Source of the DNA: Pseudomonadota bacterium
GTDB lineage: Archaea > Thermoplasmatota > SW-10-69-26 > JACQPN01 > JAJPHT01
Direction of reading: 5' to 3'
NCBI GenBank assembly: GCA_021325135.1
Contig: JAJPHT010000013.1
Span: 64,001-128,000, forward strand
DNA length: 64,000 nucleotides
Shown: positions 28,504 through 38,639 of the stretch, in pieces
Position numbering within the stretch: the first letter of the stretch is position 1
Layout of the letters: every line of letters starts with the position of its first letter
The notes under the pieces: generated by a model
The model's input: only the letters and a program-made list of their open reading frames with translations
What the model was told of the DNA's origin: nothing
The model's database searches: none
Made by a program: the position numbers and the translations under genes

Positions 28504-31467
28504 ATGTTGCTTCCTCGTCTGCTCCCTCGCTTCGCCGGACTGCTTGCCGCTCTCCTCCTCGCCGCCACCTTCGCGCCCTTCGTCGCGGAGGCGCAGGCCG
28601 CCTCCACCACGCCCCCGCTGGGCATGGACATGGGGAGCGTCCGCGCCCTCGCCGCCGCCGGCGCGCCCGCGCGCTACGGCTCCTACTGGGTCGGCGTGTG
28701 GATGGCCTCCTCAGGCTGGGGCGGCCTTGACAACGCGCTGGACACGGCGGTCGCCACCGGCGCCACGCCCGTCATCTACTGGTACTACTGGGGCGACAGC
28801 ATCTCCCCCTCGTGCGTCGACAACGGCTGCTCGGGCAAGAGCCAGGCCCAGTGGACCGCCATGACGCAGACGCTCGCGGACCACGTCCGGAGCAAGATGG
28901 GCGGCCGCGAGACGCTCATCGTCCTGGAGAACGAGTTCAACAAGGGCGGCATCGACGGCACCTACGCGCCCACCTTCGACGCGAAGCTCGCTGCCGTCGG
29001 CCAGACGCTCAAGGGCGTCTCCGGCGTGCGCCTCATCCTGGGCTTCGGCAACTGGGGCGAGGCCAACTGGGTGAAGTTCCCCAAGTCAGCCGCCATCAGC
29101 GACTACATCGGCTTCCAGATGATGCGCGCGAGCACCCGCGACACGCAGGCCTCCTACTCCAGCGCGTCGGACCGCACCGTGACGCTCACGAACTACGTCG
29201 CGTCCAAGTTCAACAAGCCCAGCTTCCTCTACGACCTCGCGCTCTCCAGCTACCCCGACGCGACGTGGGCGAACCTCCAGGCCTCGACGCTCCAGGCGAT
29301 CTTCAACAACCTCGCCTCCAGCGGCGCCACGGGCCTCCAGGGCGTCATCTACCGCTCGCTGAAGGACACGTACATGGACCCCTCGAACTACTACGGCGCG
29401 GCCGAGTCCTACTGGGGCCTCCAGACCTCCTCCGGCGCGGCCAAGCCCGCGTGGAACGTCTGGCACGCGGTCGCCACCTCGGGCCCCGCCCCGGCGCCTG
29501 CCCCTGCGCCCGCTCCGGCCCCGGCGCCCCAGATGGCAGGCTTCGCCGCGCCCGGCGCCATCGAGGCCGAGGCCATGACCGCGACCGCGGGCGGCCGCGG
29601 CGCGGACTCCACCGCCTCGGGCGGCGCGTACTGGAACCTGTGGAGCAACGGCGAGGTGCGCGCGAACGCCTCCTCGGCCTCCGCGTTCTCGGCCCGCGTC
29701 ACGCTGACCGCCAAGGGCCAGCCTGCCGGCGGCGTCGCGCCCCACGCGGAGCTTCGCGTGAACGGCGCGGTCGTCGCCGCGTGGGACGTCGCCTCCACCT
29801 CCTGGGCCGCCTACGGCGCGGACGTCTCCCTCCCTGCGCGCAACGCGACCCTCTCCATCGCGTACACCAACGACGGAGTGGTCAACGGCGTCGACCGCAA
29901 CCTCCTGGTGGACCGCGTGGCCGTCGCCGTCGCGCCGCCGCCCAACCAGCCCCCCACGGCCTCGTTCACCGCCAGCGCGTCGGGCCTCTCGGCGAGCTTC
30001 GACGCCTCCGCGTCCCGCGACCCCGAGGGCTCCGCGCTCACCTACGCGTGGAGCTTCGGCGACGGGACCTCCGGCGCGGGCGTCGCGCCCACGCACGCCT
30101 ACGCCGCCGCGGGCAGCTACGTCGTGAAGCTCACCGTGAGCGACGGCTCGCTCACCGGCTCGTCCAGCTCCACCGTGACGGCCGTGCAGCCCAACCGCGC
30201 GCCGGTGGCCGCGCTCTCCTGCTCGGCGACCGACCTCACGGCCACCTGCGACGGCTCGGCCTCCAGCGACCCCGACGGCGACGCTCTCTCCTACGCGTAC
30301 GACTTCGGCGACGGCGCCACGGGCGAGGGCCCGCAGGCGACGCACACCTACGCGACGGCGGGCAACCACACCATCGTCCTCACGGTGAGCGACGGCAAGC
30401 TCTCCTCGACGGCCCGCGCGGTCGTCTCCACGAAAATGCCCAACCGCGCGCCCATCGCGCAGGCGGCGTGCAGCGCGGTGAACCTGACCGCGACGTGCGA
30501 CGCGTCGGGCTCCTCGGACCCTGACGGCGACGCGCTCACCTACGCGTGGGCGTTCGGCGACGGGGCGACCGCGACCGGCGTCCGCGCGACGCACGCCTAC
30601 GCCGCGGCGGGCAGCCACACGATCCAGCTCACCGTGAGCGACGGCAAGCTCTCCTCGGGCGCCAGCGCGACGGTGACGGCGGTCCAGCCCAACCGCGCGC
30701 CCACGGCCGCCATGAGCGTCTCGGGCAGCGGCCTCTCGTTCGGCTTCGACGGCCGCTCCTCCAGCGACCCCGACGGCGACGCGCTCAGCTACCTCTGGAG
30801 CTTCGGCGACGGCGCCACCGCCACCGGGGCCCAGGCGACGCACGCCTACGCCGCGGGCGGCAGCTACACGGCGACCCTCACGGTGACGGACCCCTCCGGC
30901 GCCACGGGCCGCGCGTCGGCCGCCGTCTCCGCGGTGGCGCCCCCGCCCCCGGCCCCCGCCGCGCCCTTCAGCGCGGACTTCGCCAATGTCAAGGGCAACG
31001 AGTGGTGGGTGCAGGCGGACGTCTCCGGCAGCGAGGCGATCAGCGCCGTCTGCGCGTCGGTCGACGGCGGCGCCTGCCAGGCGCTCAAGCTCCAGAGCTG
31101 GGGCTCCTGGGCCGCGGTCGTCCACGCGCCCACCGGCTCGAAGGTGACGTTCACGGCGACCGGCGCCAGCGGGCGCTCAGACTCGTCCGTCGCCTACGAC
31201 TGGCCCTCGGCGACGCCCTCGTTCAGCGCGACCTTCAGCCCCTACGGCGGCAACGCCTGGTGGGTCCAGACGCGCGTGGACGCGACGCTCTCCGTGGCCT
31301 CGGTGTGCGCCTCGGTGAACGGCGGCGCCTGCCAGGCGCTCAAGCTGCAGAGCTGGGGCGCCTGGGCGGCGAGCATCAACGCGCCGGCCGGATCGAAGGT
31401 CGTCTTCACGGCGACCGCGACCACCGGCCAGAAGGCCGTCTCCGCCGCCTACCCCTGGCCCACGTGA
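28504..31467 (+). CDS. Secreted GH26/clan-A-like glycoside hydrolase with CBM-like, four PKD and two expansin/CBM63-like domains
   Basis: Signal peptide; LENEFN; four SDPDGD.L.Y.W.FGDG PKD repeats; two N.WWVQ domains. Confidence 0.85.
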   Translation: MLLPRLLPRFAGLLAALLLAATFAPFVAEAQAASTTPPLGMDMGSVRALAAAGAPARYGSYWVGVWMASSGWGGLDNALDTAVATGATPVIYWYYWGDSISPSCVDNGCSGKSQAQWTAMTQTLADHVRSKMGGRETLIVLENEFNKGGIDGTYAPTFDAKLAAVGQTLKGVSGVRLILGFGNWGEANWVKFPKSAAISDYIGFQMMRASTRDTQASYSSASDRTVTLTNYVASKFNKPSFLYDLALSSYPDATWANLQASTLQAIFNNLASSGATGLQGVIYRSLKDTYMDPSNYYGAAESYWGLQTSSGAAKPAWNVWHAVATSGPAPAPAPAPAPAPAPQMAGFAAPGAIEAEAMTATAGGRGADSTASGGAYWNLWSNGEVRANASSASAFSARVTLTAKGQPAGGVAPHAELRVNGAVVAAWDVASTSWAAYGADVSLPARNATLSIAYTNDGVVNGVDRNLLVDRVAVAVAPPPNQPPTASFTASASGLSASFDASASRDPEGSALTYAWSFGDGTSGAGVAPTHAYAAAGSYVVKLTVSDGSLTGSSSSTVTAVQPNRAPVAALSCSATDLTATCDGSASSDPDGDALSYAYDFGDGATGEGPQATHTYATAGNHTIVLTVSDGKLSSTARAVVSTKMPNRAPIAQAACSAVNLTATCDASGSSDPDGDALTYAWAFGDGATATGVRATHAYAAAGSHTIQLTVSDGKLSSGASATVTAVQPNRAPTAAMSVSGSGLSFGFDGRSSSDPDGDALSYLWSFGDGATATGAQATHAYAAGGSYTATLTVTDPSGATGRASAAVSAVAPPPPAPAAPFSADFANVKGNEWWVQADVSGSEAISAVCASVDGGACQALKLQSWGSWAAVVHAPTGSKVTFTATGASGRSDSSVAYDWPSATPSFSATFSPYGGNAWWVQTRVDATLSVASVCASVNGGACQALKLQSWGAWAASINAPAGSKVVFTATATTGQKAVSAAYPWPT

Positions 31468-31476
31468 GAACGCCCG

Positions 31477-31507
31477 GAGGTCCCCTCGGGACCTCTCCTT
31501 TCCTTCC
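31477..31507 (+). terminator. Hairpin plus pyrimidine tract
   Basis: gaggtcc-cctcg-ggacctc then tcctttccttcc, 10 nt after the stop. Confidence 0.55.
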
Positions 31508-31678
31508 AAGGAAAGGGGGCGCGGAACGTGGGCGGGGACCCCGACCCGCCAAGCGAGCACTTTGCGACCGGGGTCCCCTCCTACCCGCCAAGCTCCTATA
31601 CGCCCTTTTTGTTGGCGCCGCTGCGACGGAGCGGCCATGCCCCCCCTTGTCTTGGTGCCCCGGTTTCTCGCTCGGACC

Positions 31679-32911
31679 ATGGATGCACGAACTGCGATCG
31701 CATTCCTGACCCTCGGCCTCGTCATCGCGCCCGTCTTCCTTCCTGGCGCGGAGGCCGCGACCCTCCCCGGGCTGGGCGTCAACGACGGCGGCCTCGCCGA
31801 GATGAAGGCGGCCGGCGGCAGCCCCTCCTTCTCCGCCTTCTGGGTGGGCAAGTGGACGGCGGGCAGCGGCTGGGGCGCCCTGGACAACGCCCTCCAGCAC
31901 GCCCGGGCCACCGGCGTCACGCCGGTCGTCCTCTGGTACTACTGGGGCAACGACGGCTCCCCGACGTGCGTCCAGTACGGCTGCAACGGCAAGAGCCGGA
32001 CCGAGTGGAACGCCATGACCTCCACGCTCGCCTCCCACCTGCGCACGCAGATGGCCGGCGCCACCTCCTACGTCGTGCTGGAGAACGAGTTCAACAAGAA
32101 CGGCATCACCGGCACCTACGCGCCCACCTTCGACGGCTACCTGGAGGCCAACGCCCGCACGCTCCACGGCGCCGCGGGCGTCAAGGTCGTCCTGGGCTAC
32201 GGCTCGTGGGGCGAGGCGGACTGGCACAAGTTCCCCCGCGCCATCGCGGCCAGCGACGTGATCGGCTTCCAGCTCATGCGCGCCTCCACGCGCGACAGCG
32301 AGGCGTCCTACCGCGGCGCGGCCGACAAGATCGCCTCCGAGCTGTCGTTCATCAAGACGCTGGCGCCAGGCAAGAAGGCGTTCCTCTACGACCTGGCGCT
32401 GGCCAGCTACTCGGGCACCTACTGGGCCAACGTCCAGAAGGACACGATCTCCTCCATCCTCGCCCGCCGCGGCGAGTACGGGAGCAACGGCCTGGCCGGC
32501 ATCGTCTACCGCGGCACGCGCGACGACCCCAACATGAACACCAAGGACTGGTACGGCGCCGCCGAGGTCACCTGGGGGCTCAAGACCTCCACCGGGGCCG
32601 CCAAGCCCGCCTGGTGGGCCTGGGTGGGCGCGGCCGCGGGCTCCGCCACGACCACCACGCCGACGTCGGGCTACGCGCCCACCTTCACGCCCCGCAGCGT
32701 GGGCAACGAGTGGTGGGTGCAGGTGACCGTGGGCGGCTCCGGCGCCGCCTCGGTGTGCGCGTCCATCAACGGGGGCTCGTGCCAGGCGCTCGCCCACCAG
32801 AGCTGGGGCGACTGGGCGGCCTCCCTCCACGCGCCCGCGGGCTCGCGCGTGACCTTCACCGCGACGTCGTCCAGCGGGGCGAAGGTCACCTCCGGGGGCT
32901 ACGCGTGGTGA
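31679..32911 (+). CDS. Secreted GH-like paralog (catalytic domain plus one NEWWVQ domain)
   Basis: Strong similarity to the N- and C-termini of 28504..31467. Confidence 0.85.
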   Translation: MDARTAIAFLTLGLVIAPVFLPGAEAATLPGLGVNDGGLAEMKAAGGSPSFSAFWVGKWTAGSGWGALDNALQHARATGVTPVVLWYYWGNDGSPTCVQYGCNGKSRTEWNAMTSTLASHLRTQMAGATSYVVLENEFNKNGITGTYAPTFDGYLEANARTLHGAAGVKVVLGYGSWGEADWHKFPRAIAASDVIGFQLMRASTRDSEASYRGAADKIASELSFIKTLAPGKKAFLYDLALASYSGTYWANVQKDTISSILARRGEYGSNGLAGIVYRGTRDDPNMNTKDWYGAAEVTWGLKTSTGAAKPAWWAWVGAAAGSATTTTPTSGYAPTFTPRSVGNEWWVQVTVGGSGAASVCASINGGSCQALAHQSWGDWAASLHAPAGSRVTFTATSSSGAKVTSGGYAW

Positions 32912-32915
32912 GGCG

Positions 32916-33392
32916 CTACGCCTTCGCCGCCTCGCGCCGCGCGAAGTTCAGGTAGGACGTGAGCGGCGTCACGAACGCCGCCGTCTTGCTCCCGTGCTTC
33001 GTGAGGAAATACTCGATGCGGACGGGCTGCTCGTCGAACACCTCGCGGTCGACGAAGCCCTCCTCGCGGAGCACCTTGAGCTTGTCCGAGAGCGTGCGCG
33101 ACGAGAGCCCCAGGAGCGTCTGGAGCTCCGTGAAGCGCGCTCGCCTGCGGATGGCCAGCACGTAGAGGATCTCGATCATCCAGGGCTGGAAGACCGTCTG
33201 GCAGGCGCGCATCGCGGAGGAGATCCACGCCGCCTGCTCCGCGTCGGCGAGGCTCGAGAGGTAGGCCATCACGCGCTTGTCGTGGCCGTTGGCCTCGCCG
33301 AGGATGGCCCTCAGGAAGGCGCGCATCTCCGCCTCGGGGACGGGGCACTCCGCCAGGAGGCCGCTTTGCCGGATGGAAGCCGCTTTGCCCAT
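32916..33392 (-). CDS. HxlR family regulator
   Basis: RFTELQ..LGLSSRTLSDKLK, EQPVRIEY.LT. Confidence 0.88.
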   Translation of the reverse strand: MGKAASIRQSGLLAECPVPEAEMRAFLRAILGEANGHDKRVMAYLSSLADAEQAAWISSAMRACQTVFQPWMIEILYVLAIRRRARFTELQTLLGLSSRTLSDKLKVLREEGFVDREVFDEQPVRIEYFLTKHGSKTAAFVTPLTSYLNFARREAAKA

Positions 33393-33448
33393 CGCGATCG
33401 GGTCCTTATGGTGTCCAAACGGAATAGACTTTTCCAGGTGCATGCGCT

Positions 33449-34264
33449 GTGCAATCCAAAGCGCCTTCCAGGCTGGAACGACGGATCGTGGGCGGGATCG
33501 TGAGGGCGGCCTTCCTGCGCGACCGCCGCGCGGGGCCCTGGACGACGGAGGTCCCCCACCGCGAGGTGCAGATCGAGGGCAACGCCGGCGCGCGCCTCGC
33601 CGGGCGCTGGTTCCCCCACGAGAGGCCCCGCGGCGCGGTCGTGCTCGCCCACCCGGATCGCCGCTACGGCCAGCACTGGTTCGTCCGCGAGGGGTGGATC
33701 GAGTGGCTGCAGGAGCACCGCTTCGAGGCGCTCACCTTCGACTTCCCGGACTACGGCGCCTCGCGCGGCGGCTCGACGTTCTACCACGACGACGTGCTCG
33801 CCGCCGCGCGCTTCGCGCAGCGGTGGGCCGGCGGCTTCCCCGTGCACGTGATCGGCCTCTCGCTGGGCGCCTTCGCCGCGGCCAACGCGAGCCCGAGGCT
33901 CGACTTCGTGGACGGCCTCGTGCTGGAGAGCCCGTACCCCAGCTTCACGGCGTGGTACGGCGGGGGCGCCAAGGCCGCGGCGCAGCGCGCCTTCGAGCGC
34001 GCGTTCCCCCGCAGCGCGGCCCAGATCCAGGCGGACCGCAACCTGGCCCGCGCCGCGCCGAAGCGCATCCTCGTCGCGGCCGCGGCGGAGGACCGCGTGA
34101 CGCCCGCGCGCCTCTCGAAGGCGGTCGCCGACGCGGCGCCGCGGGCGCGCTACCTGGAGCTTCCCGGGCTGGACCACTTCGAGCCCTTCGCCAAGAGCGA
34201 GGCGTACCGCGCGGCGATCCTGGAGACGCTGGGCGTCGACAACTCGCGGCCGAGCGCAGGATGA
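33449..34264 (+). CDS. Alpha/beta hydrolase
   Basis: FDFPDYGAS, GLSLG nucleophile, D..TP, DH. Confidence 0.85.
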   Translation: MQSKAPSRLERRIVGGIVRAAFLRDRRAGPWTTEVPHREVQIEGNAGARLAGRWFPHERPRGAVVLAHPDRRYGQHWFVREGWIEWLQEHRFEALTFDFPDYGASRGGSTFYHDDVLAAARFAQRWAGGFPVHVIGLSLGAFAAANASPRLDFVDGLVLESPYPSFTAWYGGGAKAAAQRAFERAFPRSAAQIQADRNLARAAPKRILVAAAAEDRVTPARLSKAVADAAPRARYLELPGLDHFEPFAKSEAYRAAILETLGVDNSRPSAG

Positions 34265-34287
34265 TCCCTTCCTCCTCTTGCTTTCTT

Positions 34288-34308
34288 GCTGGGGGCTCCG
34301 CCCCCAGC
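34288..34308. repeat. GGGGCTCCGCCCC-type REP hairpin
   Basis: gctggggg-ctccg-cccccagc; same core at 50270 and inverted at 50366. Confidence 0.6.
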
Positions 34309-34332
34309 GAACGCAGGACCAAGGAGGACCCC

Positions 34333-34746
34333 GTGTCGCGAAGCCCCACCGCTCGAAACGCTCAAGCTGGGGCCCGCATAGCGGGCGGCGTGCTCCGGCT
34401 CCCCGGATGGCTCGTCTTCCTGGTCTTCTTCCCGCTCCAGGTCTACCTCGCGGTCAAGCTCTGGGAGAGCGACTGGGCGTGGTGGCTCATCCTGCTGGTC
34501 CTCCTCGTCTTCGGCTTCATGGGCAACCGCGCGGCGCGCGTGCCCTGGGTGCAGCAGCTCTTCTTCCCGCGCATGGCCGCGCAGCGCGAGGCGCGCCGCC
34601 ACGTCTACCAGGGCATCCTCTTCCTCGCCGCGGCGGTGGCGTTCCTCACGGGCTTCGGGCCGCGCCTCCACTGGTTCGTCCCCGAGGGCGTCTCGCTCCT
34701 CTCGGTCCTGGCCCTGGCGACGCTCCTCAAGGCGAGCCTCCGGTAG
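34333..34746 (+). CDS. Hypothetical 4-TM membrane protein
   Basis: aaggagg SD before GTG; hydrophobic segments. Confidence 0.7.
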   Translation: MSRSPTARNAQAGARIAGGVLRLPGWLVFLVFFPLQVYLAVKLWESDWAWWLILLVLLVFGFMGNRAARVPWVQQLFFPRMAAQREARRHVYQGILFLAAAVAFLTGFGPRLHWFVPEGVSLLSVLALATLLKASLR

Positions 34747-34804
34747 GCGGTGGGCAAGCCGCGCCCCCGAAGCCTTAAGAAGGGCCCCCCGGAGCCACGG
34801 GGCG

Positions 34805-35077
34805 ATGATGCGCGCGATCGTCCTTGGGATGGGCATCCTGGGCATGCTGGCCGGCGCCGGGCTGGGCCTCTACGCGGGGCACGAGCTTCGCGCCTGCGTG
34901 GCGCAGATGAAGGCCGCGAGCCTCAAGGGCGACACCGACCGCTACAACGCGCTGGTGCCCGAGTGCAACGCGCGCCTCCAGTTCCGCAGCCTGACCTTCG
35001 GCCTCGTCATCGTGGGCGCTCTCCTCGTGGCCGCGCCCTCGGGGTACGACGCCATCCGGCGCAAGGCGTCGCGCTGA
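34805..35077 (+). CDS. Small 2-TM protein
   Basis: Two TMs with a Cys pair in the loop. Confidence 0.65.
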   Translation: MMRAIVLGMGILGMLAGAGLGLYAGHELRACVAQMKAASLKGDTDRYNALVPECNARLQFRSLTFGLVIVGALLVAAPSGYDAIRRKASR

Positions 35078-35080
35078 GGC

Positions 35081-36709
35081 TCACGTCCCGCGATATCGCC
35101 CACGCCGCACGATCTCCTCCACCTTGCGCGCGACGGCCTCGGTCCCGCCCGCGGCGCGATAGCCTTTCATGACGCTCGCGAAGGCGTCCGGCAGGTCCGC
35201 GTGCGTCGCCTCCAGGGCCTCCATGAGGACGTGGAGGTCACCCCCCTTGTCCTCGTCCTCGGCGTTGAGCGCCGCGAGGCCGAAGTCCACCAGCGCGACG
35301 CGGCCCTCGGCCGCCAGCACGTTGCTCGTCGTGAGGTCGCCGTGCGTCATGCCCCGCGCGTGGAGCCGCGCCGCGGCCGCGCCGGTCGCCTCCAGCAGGG
35401 CGGCCGCGCCCTGGGGGTCCGCGCGCAGCGCCTCCTTCAGCTGGACGCCGGGAAGGCGCTCCAGCACCAGCGACTCGCCCTCGACCGCGTACACGAGGGG
35501 CGTGCGCACGCCCGCGCGCCGCGCCTGCGCGAGGAGGCGCGCCTCGGCCCGCGTGCGCGACCCGCGCAGCGCCTGGTCCAGCGCGGGCAGGCGATATCCT
35601 TTCGCGGGGCGCGTCTTGCGGACGGCCGCGCGGCCCAGCAGCTCCGCGGGCGCCACCGTCGCCTCCGCGCCCTGATATCGCCCCTCCGCCGCGCCCGCGA
35701 AGGGCCGGCCCGCGTCGCGGCGCCACGTCACCTGGACGTCGTCCGTGCGCTGGCGCTGGTCGACCCTCGTCTCGTCAAGCTCCTGCCGGACGCCGGCCCC
35801 CCACTCCAGGGCGCCCAGCCACGCGATCATGGCGCCGTTGTCCACGAGAAGGCGCTTCTCGGGGCGGTACGCGACGGCGCCGCGCTCCGCGCACATGCGC
35901 TGCGTCATCTGCCAGAGGCGCTCGTTGCACGCGACGCCGCCGCCCAGCACGACCTCGTCCTTCTCGGCGTGGGCCAGCGCGCGCTCCGCGACCTCGACGA
36001 GCATCGCGAAGGCCGTCTCCTGGAGCGAGAAGCAGACGTCCTCCAACCGCTCGCCCTTCGCGCGGTGCGCGCGAGCCGCGGTGAGCAGGCCGCTGAACGC
36101 CATGTCCATGCCCTTCACGCTGTAGGGCATGTCGAGGAGCTTCGAGCCTCCGCGCGCGAGCCGCTCCACCTCGGGGCCGCCGGGGAACGGGTGCCCCTCC
36201 TCGCGGGCGAACTTGTCCAGCATGTTGCCCACGCCGACGTCCAGCGTCTCGCCGAAGACGCGATATCGCCCTCCGGAGAACGCGATCACCTGCGTGTTGC
36301 CGCCGGAGGCGTAGAGCAGCACGGGGTCCTTGGCGCCCGTCACGCCGCTGCCGATCTCAAGGTGCGCGACGCAGTGGTTGACGCCCAGCACGGGCTTCCC
36401 CGCCGCCAGGGCGAACGCGCGCGCCAGCGTCGCCGCGGTGCGCAGGCATGGCCCCAGGCCCGGCCCCTGGCTGAAGGCCACGAGGTCGAGGTCGCGGGGC
36501 GCGACGCCCGCCTTGGCCAGCGCGCGCTCCAGCACGTCGGGACCCACCTCGGCGTGGTGGTTCGCGGCCTCCCGCGGATGGATGCCCCCCTGCGCGGGCC
36601 GCAGCATGTCGCCCTCGCTGGCGAGCACCTCGGGCGTCCCGTCGGCACGGCGGCGCACGACGCCCACGGCCAGCGTGTGGGCGGTCCCTTCGACGCCCAG
36701 CACGATCAT
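35081..36709 (-). CDS. kae1: Bifunctional Kae1 (t6A threonylcarbamoyltransferase)/Bud32 kinase
   Basis: GVEGTAHT, GGIHPREAA.HH, GPGLGPCL, NHCVAHLE, DNGAMIA; then GAEA, HGDLTTSN, DFGL, RGRY. Confidence 0.96.
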   Translation of the reverse strand: MIVLGVEGTAHTLAVGVVRRRADGTPEVLASEGDMLRPAQGGIHPREAANHHAEVGPDVLERALAKAGVAPRDLDLVAFSQGPGLGPCLRTAATLARAFALAAGKPVLGVNHCVAHLEIGSGVTGAKDPVLLYASGGNTQVIAFSGGRYRVFGETLDVGVGNMLDKFAREEGHPFPGGPEVERLARGGSKLLDMPYSVKGMDMAFSGLLTAARAHRAKGERLEDVCFSLQETAFAMLVEVAERALAHAEKDEVVLGGGVACNERLWQMTQRMCAERGAVAYRPEKRLLVDNGAMIAWLGALEWGAGVRQELDETRVDQRQRTDDVQVTWRRDAGRPFAGAAEGRYQGAEATVAPAELLGRAAVRKTRPAKGYRLPALDQALRGSRTRAEARLLAQARRAGVRTPLVYAVEGESLVLERLPGVQLKEALRADPQGAAALLEATGAAAARLHARGMTHGDLTTSNVLAAEGRVALVDFGLAALNAEDEDKGGDLHVLMEALEATHADLPDAFASVMKGYRAAGGTEAVARKVEEIVRRGRYRGT

Positions 36710-36740
36710 CGCGCGGCCAGGGGGGCGCCCCCACTTGAGC

Positions 36741-37217
36741 CTAGCTCCGCAGCGGGCGCGCCATGCGCTGGAACGTCCGCGAGGGGTCGCGCGTCCCCGG
36801 GTGCGGCGGTCCGTCCGGGCGGAACCCGGCGCGCTCGTAGAGCCGCACCGCGGGCGCCTGCGCGACGTTGACCCAGAGCGCCAGGGCGGAGGCCCCCTGC
36901 GCGCGGGCCCACGAGGCGGCCTCCTCCAGGAGGGCCAGGCCCACGCCGCGCCCCCGCGCCTCGGGCGCGACCCACATGCCGAAGACCTCCGGCGCGGGCT
37001 GGAGCGCGACGCCCACGAGGCCCACCCACGCGCCGCCCTCCTCCGCGACGAGGCGCACGGTGCCGGGGCGCGTCATGCGCTCCTGCCACGCCTCGGGCGC
37101 CAGGGCCGACTCGGCCTCCAGCGTCGCGCCGAACGCGGCGGGGTCCTCGCGCAGCGCGCGCAGGCGCAGCGCGCGGAAGCGCTCCCACTCGTGGGGCTCC
37201 ACGACGCGGACCTTCAT
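36741..37217 (-). CDS. GNAT acetyltransferase
   Basis: MWVAPEARGRGVG, A.RLYERAGF. Confidence 0.9.
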   Translation of the reverse strand: MKVRVVEPHEWERFRALRLRALREDPAAFGATLEAESALAPEAWQERMTRPGTVRLVAEEGGAWVGLVGVALQPAPEVFGMWVAPEARGRGVGLALLEEAASWARAQGASALALWVNVAQAPAVRLYERAGFRPDGPPHPGTRDPSRTFQRMARPLRS

Positions 37218-38422
37218 GCGACGCCCCGCTTCAGCGGCATCGCCAGGTGCCGGCGCGCGCTGGCGGGCACCTCGTGCCAGCCCAGGCGCAGGCCCGCGTC
37301 CTTCGTCAACGGCTCGGCGGCGCGCGTCCCGCAGGGGCGGCAGCGATATCCGGCTCCGTGGCCCGCGCTCTTCATCGCGCGCCCGCAGGAGGGGCAGGAG
37401 GGGTTGCGCGCCTTGCGCGGCGCGGTCGCGTGGAGGCGCAGCTTCTCGACGCCCAGGGTGAGCCGCCCATCGGGGCCCTCGTGGAGCCCGCCGCACGCGG
37501 TGATATCGTCCCCCGGCACCAAGGCGCGGACGAGCGCGCGGAAGGAGCGCGTGGGCGCGTAGGCGGCGGCGCGCAGGCTCCCACCCTCGTCCTCCATCTC
37601 GACCCAGACGTGGCCGTTGCGCTCCACGGGCCGGGCCGCGACGCGCCCGCGGACGCGGAGGCTCGCGTAGGCCCGCGCGCTGGCGCAGGTCCCGTCGCGC
37701 AGGTGGTCGTCGGTGCCCTGGTTCGTGAGGAAGAGCGTCTCCCGCGCGGGGCGCTCGGGGCCCATCTCCCGCGCGGCGGCCTCGGCCTCCTGGGGATCGT
37801 CCCCGCGGAGGCCCCACAGGACGGGGCAGGGCGAGGCGGGCACGCAGACCACGTCGTCCTCCACCAGGTCATACGTGTCGAAGAGGGAATGATATCGCTC
37901 CTCCACGGCGCGGACGCGGGCGGGGTCGATGGCGCGGGGCGCGCCGATGCGCGCGGGCTCCCGGTGCGCGATGCGCTCCCACGTCGCGCGCCGGGCGGGC
38001 CAGGCCAGCGCGGCCGCCGCGCCGATGACGCCGCGGCCGCCCCAGGCGAGGGCGCCCGCCTCCGCGACGGCGGCGTCCGCCTCCTCGCGCTCGACGATGC
38101 GGGACACCGCGGCGTCGTAGAGGCCCGCGGGGAGGGGCGCCTCGGAGACGACGAGGCCGGGCGAGGTGCCCTCGGCGCGCTCCGCGTGGCGCTCGACGAC
38201 GCGCTTGGCCAGGGCGAGCGCCCGCGGCAGGGGCATCGTGGCGTCGAACGCCAGGGCGACGGCGCCGTTTCCCCGCGTCTTCCAGGGGACGTTGGGGTTG
38301 AGGCGCACGAGGCGCGGCGGCGCGGCGGGGGGGAGCCCCAGCTCGCGCGCAAGAAGGTCGGCGAAGACCGTGGTGCAGCCGCCCAGGCGGCTGTCCGTGT
38401 CGTCGACTCCGACAAGAAGCAT
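37214..38422 (-). CDS. tiaS: tRNA(Ile2) agmatinylcytidine synthase
   Basis: GVDDTDS..GCTT, LVRLNPNVPWKTRGN, TNQGTDDH, CPSC..MKSAG..YRC..C, SARRHL. Confidence 0.95.
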   Translation of the reverse strand: MLLVGVDDTDSRLGGCTTVFADLLARELGLPPAAPPRLVRLNPNVPWKTRGNGAVALAFDATMPLPRALALAKRVVERHAERAEGTSPGLVVSEAPLPAGLYDAAVSRIVEREEADAAVAEAGALAWGGRGVIGAAAALAWPARRATWERIAHREPARIGAPRAIDPARVRAVEERYHSLFDTYDLVEDDVVCVPASPCPVLWGLRGDDPQEAEAAAREMGPERPARETLFLTNQGTDDHLRDGTCASARAYASLRVRGRVAARPVERNGHVWVEMEDEGGSLRAAAYAPTRSFRALVRALVPGDDITACGGLHEGPDGRLTLGVEKLRLHATAPRKARNPSCPSCGRAMKSAGHGAGYRCRPCGTRAAEPLTKDAGLRLGWHEVPASARRHLAMPLKRGVA

Positions 38423-38471
38423 GAAAGGGCCCGCGCCGCCAGAGGCAAACGGGGCGGGCCCGATGAACCTT

Positions 38472-38639
38472 TCAGGCGAAGACGCGGGCCTCGGGGGCCG
38501 GGCGGCCGCCGTGCTGGGCGAAGTACATGTCGAGGGCCTCGCAGAGGGACTCGCTCATGTTCTTGCCCTTGAGGATCTTGAGCGTCTGGAGCTTCATGTG
38601 GTAGTGCATCGGGAGGCGCACTTTGAGGTCCTTGGTCAT
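38472..38639 (-). CDS. Small ribbon-helix-helix-like protein, paralog 2 (55 aa, absent from the ORF track)
   Basis: Manual translation MTKDLKVRLPMHYHMKLQTLKILKGKNMSESLCEALDMYFAQHGGRPAPEARVFA; aligns with 27923..28120. Confidence 0.8.
   Translation of the reverse strand: MTKDLKVRLPMHYHMKLQTLKILKGKNMSESLCEALDMYFAQHGGRPAPEARVFA

Noticed and set aside
35081-36709. Kae1-Bud32 fusion as a novelty
   Set aside because: Well known in several archaeal lineages
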